DNA from: Heterodontus francisci
Lineage: Eukaryota
Reading direction: 5' to 3'
Length of the DNA stretch: 64,000 bases
Assembly: GCF_036365525.1 (NCBI RefSeq)
Contig: NW_027142325.1
Coordinates: forward strand, 62,001 to 126,000
Made by a program: the position numbers and the translations under genes
Notes under the pieces: model-generated
The model's input: only the letters and a program-made list of their open reading frames with translations
Databases searched by the model: none
Told to the model about the DNA's origin: nothing
Shown: positions 13,601 through 25,800 of the stretch, piece after piece
Numbering within the stretch: position 1 is the first letter of the stretch
Layout of the letters: every line of letters begins with the position of its first letter

Positions 13601-16600
13601 CCTCTGTTATATTCCGGCCTGTAACTCACCGTTATTTATCCATTATTCTATAAATTACCCAAATCCCTCTGTTATATTCCGGCCTGTAACTCACTGGTAT
13701 TTATCCATTATTCTATGTATAAACTACCCAAACCCCTCTGTTATATTCCAGCCTGTAACTCACTGTTATTTATCCATTATTCTATGTATAAACTACCCAA
13801 ACCCCTCTGTTATATTCCAGCCTGTAACTCACTGTTATTTATCCATTATTTAATGTATAAACTACCCAAACCCCTCTGTTATATTCCAGCCTGTAACTCA
13901 CTGTTATTTATCCATTATTCTATGTATAAACTACCCAAATCCCTCTGTTATATTCCAGCCTGTAACTCACCGTTATTTATCCATTATTCTATAAATTACC
14001 CAAATCCCTCTGTTATATTCCGGCCTGTAACTCACTGTTATTTATCCATTATTCTATGTATAAACTACCCAAACCCCTCTGTTATATTCCAGCCTGTAAC
14101 TCACTGTTATTTATCCATTATTCTATGTATAAACTACCCAAACCCCTCTGTTATATTCCAGCCTGTAACTCACTGTTATTTATCCATTATTTAATGTATA
14201 AACTACCCAAACCCCTCTGTTATATTCCAGCCTGTAACTCACTGTTATTTATCCATTATTCTATGTATAAACTACCCAAATCCCTCTGTTATATTCCAGC
14301 CTGTAACTCACCGTTATTTATCCATTATTCTATGTATAAACTACCCAAACCCCTCTGTTATATTCCAGCCTGTAACTCACTGTTATTTATCCATTATTCT
14401 ATGTATAAACTACCCAAACCCCTCTGTTATATTCCAGCCTGTAACTCACTGTTATTTATCCATTATTCTATGTATAAACTACCCAAACCCCTCTGTTATA
14501 TTCCAGCCTGTAACTCACTGTTATTTATCCATTATTCTATAAATTACCCAAATCCCTCTGTTATATTCCAGCCTGTAACTCACCGTTATTTATCCATTAT
14601 TCTATAAATTACCCAAATCCCTCTGTTATATTCCGGCCTGTAACTCACTGTTATTTATCCATTATTCTATAAATTACCCAAATCCCTCTGTTATATTCCG
14701 GCCTGTAACTCACTGTTATTTATCCATTATTCTATAAATTACCCAAATCCCTCTGTTATATTCCGGCCTGTAACTCACTGTTATTTATCCATTATTCTAT
14801 AAATTACCCAAATCCCTCTGTTATATTCCAGCCTGTAACTCACCGTTATTTATCCATTATTCTATAAATTACCCAAATCCCTCTGTTATATTCCGGCCTG
14901 TAACTCACTGTTATTTATCCATTATTCTATAAATTACCCAAATCCCTCTGTTATATTCCAGCCTGTAACTCACCGTTATTTATCCATTATTCTATAAATT
15001 ACCCAAATCCCTCTGTTATATTCCGGCCTGTAACTCACTGTTATTTATCCATTATTCTATAAATTACCCAAATCCCTCTGTTATATTCCGGCCTGTAACT
15101 CACCGTTATTTATCCATTATTCTATAAATTACCCAAATCCCTCTGTTATATTCCGGCCTGTAACTCACCGTTATTTATCCATTATTCTATAAATTACCCA
15201 AATCCCTCTGTTATATTCCGGCCTGTAACTCACCGTTATTTATCCATTATTCTATAAATTACCCAAATCCCTCTGTTATATTCCGGCCTGTAACTCACTG
15301 TTATTTATCCATTATTCTATAAATTACCCAAATCCCTCTGTTATATTCCAGCCTGTAACTCACCGTTATTTATCCATTATTCTATAAATTACCCAAATCC
15401 CTCTGTTATATTCCAGCCTGTAACTCACCGTTATTTATCCATTATTCTATAAATTACCCAAATCCCTCTGTTATATTCCAGCCTGTAACTCACCGTTATT
15501 TATCCATTATTCTATAAATTACCCAAATCCCTCTGTTATATTCCGGCCTGTAACTCACCGTTATTTATCCATTATTCTATAAATTACCCAAATCCCTCTG
15601 TTATATTCCGGCCTGTAACTCACTGTTATTTATCCATTATTCTATAAATTACCCAAATCCCTCTGTTATATTCCGGCCTGTAACTCACTGTTATTTATCC
15701 ATTATTCTATAAATTACCCAAATCCCTCTGTTATATTCCGGCCTGTAACTCACCGTTATTTATCCATTATTCTATAAATTACCCAAATCCCTCTGTTATA
15801 TTCCGGCCTGTAACTCACCGTTATTTATCCATTATTCTATAAATTACCCAAATCCCTCTGTTATATTCCGGCCTGTAACTCACTGTTATTTATCCATTAT
15901 TCTATAAATTACCCAAATCCCTCTGTTATATTCCGGCCTGTAACTCACCGTTATTTATCCATTATTCTATAAATTACCCAAATCCCTCTGTTATATTCCA
16001 GCCTGTAACTCACCGTTATTTATCCATTATTCTATAAATTACCCAAATCCCTCTGTTATATTCCGGCCTGTAACTCACCGTTATTTATCCATTATTCTAT
16101 AAATTACCCAAATCCCTCTGTTATATTCCGGCCTGTAACTCACTGTTATTTATCCATTATTCTATAAATTACCCAAATCCCTCTGTTATATTCCAGCCTG
16201 TAACTCACTGTTATTTATCCATTATTCTATAAATTACCCAAATCCCTCTGTTATATTCCAGCCTGTAACTCACCGTTATTTATCCATTATTCTATAAATT
16301 ACCCAAATCCCTCTGTTATATTCCAGCCTGTAACTCACCGTTATTTATCCATTATTCTATAAATTACCCAAATCCCTCTGTTATATTCCGGCCTGTAACT
16401 CACCGTTATTTATCCATTATTCTATAAATTACCCAAATCCCTCTGTTATATTCCGGCCTGTAACTCACCGTTATTTATCCATTATTCTATAAATTACCCA
16501 AATCCCTCTGTTATATTCCGGCCTGTAACTCACTGTTATTTATCCATTATTCTATAAATTACCCAAATCCCTCTGTTATATTCCGGCCTGTAACTCACTG

Positions 16601-19600
16601 TTATTTATCCATTATTCTATAAATTACCCAAATCCCTCTGTTATATTCCGGCCTGTAACTCACCGTTATTTATCCATTATTCTATAAATTACCCAAATCC
16701 CTCTGTTATATTCCGGCCTGTAACTCACTGTTATTTATCCATTATTCTATAAATTACCCAAATCCCTCTGTTATATTCCAGCCTGTAACTCACCGTTATT
16801 TATCCATTATTCTATAAATTACCCAAATCCCTCTGTTATATTCCAGCCTGTAACTCACCGTTATTTATCCATTATTCTATAAATTACCCAAATCCCTCTG
16901 TTATATTCCAGCCTGTAACTCACCGTTATTTATCCATTATTCTCTAAATTACCCAAATCCCTCTGTTATATTCCAGCCTGTAACTCACCGTTATTTATCC
17001 ATTATTCTATAAATTACCCAAATCCCTCTGTTATATTCCAGCCTGTAACTCACCGTTATTTATCCATTATTCTATAAATTACCCAAATCCCTCTGTTATA
17101 TTCCAGCCTGTAACTCACCGTTATTTATCCATTATTCTATAAATTACCCAAATCCCTCTGTTATATTCCGGCCTGTAACTCACCGTTATTTATCCATTAT
17201 TCTATAAATTACCCAAATCCCTCTGTTATATTCCGGCCTGTAACTCACCGTTATTTATCCATTATTCTATAAATTACCCAAATCCCTCTGTTATATTCCA
17301 GCCTGTAACTCACCGTTATTTATCCATTATTCTATAAATTACCCAAATCCCTCTGTTATATTCCGGCCTGTAACTCACCGTTATTTATCCATTATTCTAT
17401 AAATTACCCAAATCCCTCTGTTATATTCCGGCCTGTAACTCACCGTTATTTATCCATTATTCTATAAATTACCCAAATCCCTCTGTTATATTCCAAACTG
17501 TAACTCACCGTTATTTATCCATTATTCTATAAATTACCCAAATCCCTCTGTTATATTCCGGCCTGTAACTCACCGTTATTTATCCATTATTCTATAAATT
17601 ACCCAAATCCCTCTGTTATATTCCAAACTGTAACTCACCGTTATTTATCCATTATTCTATAAATTACCCAAATCCCTCTGTTATATTCCAGCCTGTAACT
17701 CACCGTTATTTATCCATTATTCTATAAATTACCCAAATCCCTCTGTTATATTCCGGCCTGTAACTCACCGTTATTTATCCATTATTCTATAAATTACCCA
17801 AATCCCTCTGTTATATTCCGGCCTGTAACTCACCGTTATTTATCCATTATTCTATAAATTACCCAAATCCCTCTGTTATATTCCAGCCTGTAACTCACCG
17901 TTATTTATCCATTATTCTATAAATTACCCAAATCCCTCTGTTATATTCCAAACTGTAACTCACCGTTATTTATCCATTATTCTATAAATTACCCAAATCC
18001 CTCTGTTATATTCCGGCCTGTAACTCACCGTTATTTATCCATTATTCTATAAATTACCCAAATCCCTCTGTTATATTCCAGCCTGTAACTCACCGTTATT
18101 TATCCATTATTCTATAAATTACCCAAATCCCTCTGTTATATTCCGGCCTGTAACTCACCGTTATTTATCCATTATTCTATAAATTACCCAAATCCCTCTG
18201 TTATATTCCGGCCTGTAACTCACCGTTATTTATCCATTATTCTATAAATTACCCAAATCCCTCTGTTATATTCCAGCCTGTAACTCACTGTTATTTATCC
18301 ATTATTCTATAAATTACCCAAATCCCTCTGTTATATTCCAGCCTGTAACTCACTGTTATTTATCCATTATTCTATAAATTACCCAAATCCCTCTGTTATA
18401 TTCCAGCCTGTAACTCACTGTTATTTATCCATTATTCTATAAATTACCCAAATCCCTCTGTTATATTCCGGCCTGTAACTCACCGTTATTTATCCATTAT
18501 TCTATAAATTACCCAAATCCCTCTGTTATATTCCGGCCTGTAACTCACCGTTATTTATCCATTATTCTATAAATTACCCAAATCCCTCTGTTATATTCCG
18601 GCCTGTAACTCACCGTTATTTATCCATTATTCTATAAATTACCCAAATCCCTCTGTTATATTCCGGCCTGTAACTCACCGTTATTTATCCATTATTCTAT
18701 AAACTACCCAAATCCCTCTGTTATATTCCGGCCTGTAACTCACTGTTATTTATCCATTATTCTATAAATTACCCAAATCCCTCTGTTATATTCCGGCCTG
18801 TAACTCACCGTTATTTATCCATTATTCTATAAATTACCCAAATCCCTCTGTTATATTCCGGCCTGTAACTCACCGTTATTTATCCATTATTCTATAAACT
18901 ACCCAAATCCCTCTGTTATATTCCAGCCTGTAACTCACCGTTATTTATCCATTATTCTATAAATTACCCAAATCCCTCTGTTATATTCCAGCCTGTAACT
19001 CACCGTTATTTATCCATTATTCTATAAATTACCCAAATCCCTCTGTTATATTCCGGCCTGTAACTCACCGTTATTTATCCATTATTCTATAAATTACCCA
19101 AATCCCTCTGTTATATTCCGGCCTGTAACTCACTGTTATTTATCCATTATTCTATAAATTACCCAAATCCCTCTGTTATATTCCGGCCTGTAACTCACTG
19201 TTATTTATCCATTATTCTATAAATTACCCAAATCCCTCTGTTATATTCCGGCCTGTAACTCACCGTTATTTATCCATTATTCTATAAATTACCCAAATCC
19301 CTCTGTTATATTCCGGCCTGTAACTCACCGTTATTTATCCATTATTCTATAAATTACCCAAATCCCTCTGTTATATTCCGGCCTGTAACTCACTGTTATT
19401 TATCCATTATTCTATAAATTACCCAAATCCCTCTGTTATATTCCGGCCTGTAACTCACTGTTATTTATCCATTATTCTATAAATTACCCAAATCCCTCTG
19501 TTATATTCCAGCCTGTAACTCACCGTTATTTATCCATTATTCTATAAATTACCCAAATCCCTCTGTTATATTCCAGCCTGTAACTCACCGTTATTTATCC

Positions 19601-22320
19601 ATTATTCTATAAATTACCCAAATCCCTCTGTTATATTCCGGCCTGTAACTCACCGTTATTTATCCATTATTCTATAAATTACCCAAATCCCTCTGTTATA
19701 TTCCGGCCTGTAACTCACCGTTATTTATCCATTATTCTATAAATTACCCAAATCCCTCTGTTATATTCCAGCCTGTAACTCACTGTTATTTATCCATTAT
19801 TCTATAAATTACCCAAATCCCTCTGTTATATTCCAGCCTGTAACTCACCGTTATTTATCCATTATTCTATAAATTACCCAAATCCCTCTGTTATATTCCA
19901 GCCTGTAACTCACCGTTATTTATCCATTATTCTATAAATTACCCAAATCCCTCTGTTATATTCCGGCCTGTAACTCACCGTTATTTATCCATTATTCTAT
20001 AAATTACCCAAATCCCTCTGTTATATTCCGGCCTGTAACTCACTGTTATTTATCCATTATTCTATAAATTACCCAAATCCCTCTGTTATATTCCAGCCTG
20101 TAACTCACCGTTATTTATCCATTATTCTATAAACTACCCAAATCCCTCTGTTATATTCCGGCCTGTAACTCACCGTTATTTATCCATTATTCTATAAACT
20201 ACCCAAACCCCTCTGTTATATTCCGGCCTGTAACTCACCGTTATTTATCCATTATTCTATAAATTACCCAAATCCCTCTGTTATATTCCAGCCTGTAACT
20301 CACCGTTATTTATCCATTATTCTATAAATTACCCAAATCCCTCTGTTATATTCCGGCCTGTAACTCACCGTTATTTATCCATTATTCTATAAATTACCCA
20401 AATCCCTCTGTTATATTCCAGCCTGTAACTCACCGTTATTTATCCATTATTCTATAAATTACCCAAATCCCTCTGTTATATTCCAGCCTGTAACTCACCG
20501 TTATTTATCCATTATTCTATAAATTACCCAAATCCCTCTGTTATATTCCAGCCTGTAACTCACCGTTATTTATCCATTATTCTATAAATTACCCAAATCC
20601 CTCTGTTATATTCCGGCCTGTAACTCACCGTTATTTATCCATTATTCTATAAATTACCCAAATCCCTCTGTTATATTCCGGCCTGTAACTCACTGTTATT
20701 TATCCATTATTCTATAAATTACCCAAATCCCTCTGTTATATTCCAGCCTGTAACTCACTGTTATTTATCCATTATTCTATAAATTACCCAAATCCCTCTG
20801 TTATATTCCGGCCTGTAACTCACTGTTATTTATCCATTATTCTATAAATTACCCAAATCCCTCTGTTATATTCCAGCCTGTAACTCACTGTTATTTATCC
20901 ATTATTCTATAAATTACCCAAATCCCTCTGTTATATTCCGGCCTGTAACTCACTGTTATTTATCCATTATTCTATAAATTACCCAAACCCCTCTGTTATA
21001 TTCCAGCCTGTAACTCACTGTTATTTATCCATTATTCTATAAATTACCCAAATCCCTCTGTTATATTCCAGCCTGTAACTCACTGTTATTTATCCATTAT
21101 TCTATAAATTACCCAAATCCCTCTGTTATATTCCAGCCTGTAACTCACTGTTATTTATCCATTATTCTATAAATTACCCAAATCCCTCTGTTATATTCCG
21201 GCCTGTAACTCACCGTTATTTATCCATTATTCTATAAATTACCCAAATCCCTCTGTTATATTCCGGCCTGTAACTCACCGTTATTTATCCATTATTCTAT
21301 AAATTACCCAAATCCCTCTGTTATATTCCGGCCTGTAACTCACCGTTATTTATCCATTATTCTATGTATAAACTACCCAAACCCCTCTGTTATATTCCGG
21401 CCTGTAACTCACTGTTATTTATCCATTATTCTATGTATAAACTACCCAAATCCCTCTGTTATATTCCGGCCTGTAACTCACTGTTATTTATCCATTATTC
21501 TATAAATTACCCAAACCCCTCTGTTATATTCCGGCCTGTAACTCACTGTTATTTATCCATTATTCTATGTATAAACTACCCAAACCCCTCTGTTATATTC
21601 CAGCCTGTAACTCACCGTTATTTATCCATTATTCTATAAATTACCCAAACCCCTCTGTTATATTCCAGCCTGTAACTCACCGTTATTTATCCATTATTCT
21701 ATAAATTACCCAAATCCCTCTGTTATATTCCAGCCTGTAACTCACCGTTATTTATCCATTATTCTATAAATTACCCAAATCCCTCTGTTATATTCCGGCC
21801 TGTAACTCACCGTTATTTATCCATTATTCTATGTATAAACTACCCAAACCCCTCTGTTATATTCCGGCCTGTAACTCACTGTTATTTATCCATTATTCTA
21901 TGTATAAACTACCCAAACCCCTCTGTTATATTCCAGCCTGTAACTCACCGTTATTTATCCATTATTCTATAAATTACCCAAACCCCTCTGTTATATTCCA
22001 GCCTGTAACTCACTGTTATTTATCCATTATTCTATGTATAAACTACCCAAACCCCTCTGTTATATTCCAGCCTGTACCTCACTGTTATTTATCCATTATT
22101 CTATGTATAAACTACCCAAACCCCTCTGTTATATTCCAGCCTGTAACTCACCGTTATTTATCCATTATTCTATGTATAAACTACCCAAACCCCTCTGTTA
22201 TATTCCAGCCTGTACCTCACTGTTATTTATCCATTATTCTATGTATAAACTACCCAAACCCCTCTGTTATATTCTAGCCTGTAACTCACTCGTGTCTGAT
22301 GTCTGTGTATAAACCATCCC
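10629..22320. repeat. ~11.7-kb tandem satellite of 69-bp and 65-bp units (roughly 170-180 copies)
   Basis: Unit tataaa(c/t)tacccaaa(c/t)ccctctgttatattcc(a/g)gcctgtaactcac(t/c)gttatttatccattatt(c/t)t[atgt]; 65-bp units fill ~14540-21360, mainly 69-bp units on both flanks. Confidence 0.98.
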
Positions 22321-22446
22321 AATCTGACCATATGATGTTATATCTGCTGTCACTAGATCACAATCAGTATATTATCTCACAGTTTGATTTTGAAACAGTA
22401 TTCTCTGTCCCTGTGCTGTTTTAATATTCTCTCTCTCTCTCCACAG

Positions 22447-22830
22447 AGGTTTCTGCTAATGGTTGGACAATGAGCGCTGCGGATGATGTGAGTGTTGAGG
22501 AAGGAGGGTCCGCTGTCTTGCCGTGTACTTTCACCCACCCACACACTGATCAGACGGTCACCGGCTCTGTGATATGGTACAAAGGCCGTTACAATGTTAT
22601 TTTTAAGTGTACATATTCTGGTCCGGGCCATTCACAGAGTGAGCTGTGTGAGAATGTGATACAGCAGGACGGCGGGAATCGATTCAGATTCGTGGGGAAC
22701 TTCAGTAACAAAGATGTCTCAATAATGATGGAGCGGCTGATCCGGGCGGACAGTGGTTATTATCAGTGTCGTGTGGAGCTCACTGTTGGAAAATTTCAAA
22801 CACAGAAACTAACGAGTCTGAGAGTGGAAG
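22447..22830 (+). CDS. Exon encoding a Siglec-15-like V-set Ig domain with the sialic-acid-binding Arg
   Basis: Acceptor ctctctccacag|, donor G|gtgagg; [43 protein letters not shown] parallels SIGLEC15 ([32 protein letters not shown]); Arg codon CGT at 22770-22772. Confidence 0.92.
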
Positions 22831-25800
22831 GTGAGGAACAATGTTCAGGGGCTGCAGCTGCCCCGATAGCTCAATGTCTAAAGGCTTCACCTGGTCTGGT
22901 CCTGAACCACATGGGTAAATAAACTCTCAGCAATCCCGGGCTTTGAAAGGGGAATATTGCCCGGGATTCCTGCTCCTGATCACTCTCCAGACACTCCTGC
23001 TGGAAGGTGTCTTATTGGACATTGAATAAGACAATGGGCCAGCATGTGATGCTCTCCACAGTCAAATAGTCCATTGCCACTCATTGACCAGGCTTGTGCT
23101 GTAAGGAAGGCCATCTGGGTGAGATCAGTAATAATATTTTAGGATAATGAGCTATTTCAGTTTGGACATTGGGTAAGTGCAGCATGTCCATCTCAGTCTC
23201 AGTGCTGTAGGCCTGCAGTGTCCAGCTCAAAGCTGATTGGACCTGTTCCACCACTTCATATATTCTCAGTGGAGAATTGGCGGGTGGATCACAGGGAGAC
23301 GATGTCAATTGGGTCATTGCTGCTCAGCTCACACTTCAGGGCAGTACCGAGGGAGTGCTGCACTGGCTGAGGTGCCATTAGCTGCACTTTAACCTTCCTC
23401 CGATGTTGCCCCGCACGTCGATTGAATCTTCTGGGCATTTCTGGGACCAATGGGAAATGATATTTAACCGAGACAAATGCAGTGTGATGCGGGTAGGTAG
23501 GATCAACACGGAATTCACTGAACATTTACAGGGAATAATACAGAAAGTGGCTGAGAGAGAAAAGGATCGAGACTGTTAATGTACACACATCACTCAAAAT
23601 TCACAACCAATGCAGTGAAGCCATTGACAAAACAAACAGGGCATTGGGTTGTATTAACAAAACCATTCAGTACAAGTCAAACCACTTCCCACTTTCTGCT
23701 AGTCTGAGAAACGTCCCTGACCTCTTACCCTCTGTTTCCTGTTTTGTCACCATCTTTCAATCTGTTCTGCTACCCGGCCCCCTGAGCCCACAATCCCTGG
23801 GATCTCCACTGGCTGAGTACTACACTGGGCAATGCCTCTACCTACTGGACCACAGGGAGAGCTCAGAACTGAAATAAATTAAAGTTCTCATCAAGACCTG
23901 GATTTTGCTGCCTCACTGTGTGGTGGAGGGAGGTTCAATTGAAACATTTAAAAGGGAATTAGATTGAAATAAAGGAAGAATGTGCAGGGTTTTGGGGAGA
24001 AGGCGGGGGGAATAGCAGGAAGTGAATTGCTCTTTCGGTGAGCCGGTGCAGACATGTTGGGCTGAATGGTCTCCTTCTGCAGTGTAGCAATTCTGTGATC
24101 TGTGAAGACACTGATCCATTCTAATGTCTGTCCTTTCCTCAGCTGCTAGTGGAAATGTCTCAGTGGTGACTGGGACCGAGGGAGCTTCAGTTACATTGCC
24201 CTGTATGTTCACACCCAGGAGTTACCGCACCCTGTCCACTGTTACATGGATGAGGAAGGAGCCCTACCAACACATAGTCACATTCAGAGCCCAATCAAAT
24301 GGATCTTGGACAACTGCAAATGGTGGAAATCGGTACGAGCTCATCGGGAATCCACAGGAGGGAAACGCCTCAACCAGGATAAACCAGCTGAGTGTGAATG
24401 ACAATCACCCTTACCTGTGTCTGGTGGAATACACATCATTGGACAATTATCAACATCTGATCCAGACTGAGACACAGCTGCAGGTTGTACATGGTAAGAA
24501 ACAATTCCCACGTTCTCCAGTGTATAGGGGTTGTACAAGAGGGTGAGCAGTGTAATATAAAACACTCATCAGCTGTGGCTCAGTGGTTATCACTCTCACC
24601 TCTGAGTCAGTCGGTTGTGGGTTCAAGACACTCCAATGCAATACTGATGGAATGTGACACTGTTTAAGGTACTGTGTATGAGAAGAGATATTAAAGTAAG
24701 GCCTTATCTGGAAGAGTATGGGAGTTGACCTAATGTCCTGGTCAATATTTATCTCTGAACCAACATCATCAAACCATAGTCTGATAATTATCTCATTGCT
24801 GTTTATGGGATCTTGCTGTGTGCAAATTATCTGCTGTGTATCCTGCATTAAAACAGTGACTACACTTCAAAAACAAAGTTCTGTCATTCACTGACTTCCT
24901 GGCTGACCTGCATCTTAACTCCATTTAATGAACTTGTTTCTGGAACCCTTCCTACCCTTGTCGAACAAAATCTATCAATCTCAGTGTTGAAATTTTCAAT
25001 ACATTCCCAGCATCAATAGCTTTTCCAGGGAGAGTTTCAGATTTCCATTATCCTTTGTGTGAAGAAGTCCTTCCTGACATCACCCCAAACAGCCTAGCTC
25101 TAATTTGAAGGTTATGGCCCCTTGTTCTGGACTCTCCCACCAGAGGAAATAGTTTCTCTCTATCTGTCCGGTGCCAGGGATCGGGACATCGGCTCAGGGC
25201 TGGAGAGGAACTTGCAGTGGGAGGGGGAGGATCCAGTTGTCATCATCCCCATGGGTACCAACAACGTATTTATAGAACCAGGAAAAAGGTTCTGCAAAGC
25301 GAGTATGAGCAGCTAGAAGCTAAATTAAAAAGCAGGACCACAAAGGAAATAACCTCTGGGGTATTACCTGAGCCATGAGCAAATTGGCGGAGGGTAAATA
25401 AGATTAGATAGTTAAATGCATCGCTCAAAGAGTGATGAGGGAGAACTGGGTTTTGATTTATGGGGCACTGGCACCTGTACTGGGGAATGTGGGAGCTGTA
25501 CCGTTGGGACGGTCTTCATCTGAACCATGTTGGGACCAGTGTTCTGTCGAGTCATATAACTAGGGCAGTAAAGAGGGCTTTTACACTAAAAGGAAGGATG
25601 AATGAGAATGGACAGAGACTGCTTGAGTTGTGTACCTATCATAACCTCTGCATCACCAACTTGTTCTTTCACACTAAACCCTGTCACCAGGTTTCTTGGA
25701 GGCACCCAAGATCACGTCGTTGGCACCAGCTGGACCTCATCGTCACAAGGCGAGCCTCTCTAAACAGCGTTCAAATCACACGCAGCTTCCACAGTGCGGA

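Noticed and set aside
10326-14607. Long ORFs (535 aa, 435 aa and others) of repeating MYKLPKPLCYIPACNSLLFIHYS
   Set aside because: The 69-bp unit is 23 codons and stop-free in one frame; 65-bp units break the frame freely, so there is no sign of coding constraint
10629-22320. CRISPR-like array
   Set aside because: Units are contiguous with no unique spacers, there are no cas genes and the context is eukaryotic
22447-24493. Rearranging antigen-receptor V segments (Ig, TCR, IgNAR, NAR-TCR)
   Set aside because: Each exon encodes a complete V domain including the G strand and ends in a GT donor; no heptamer/nonamer RSS, J segments or C1 exons were seen
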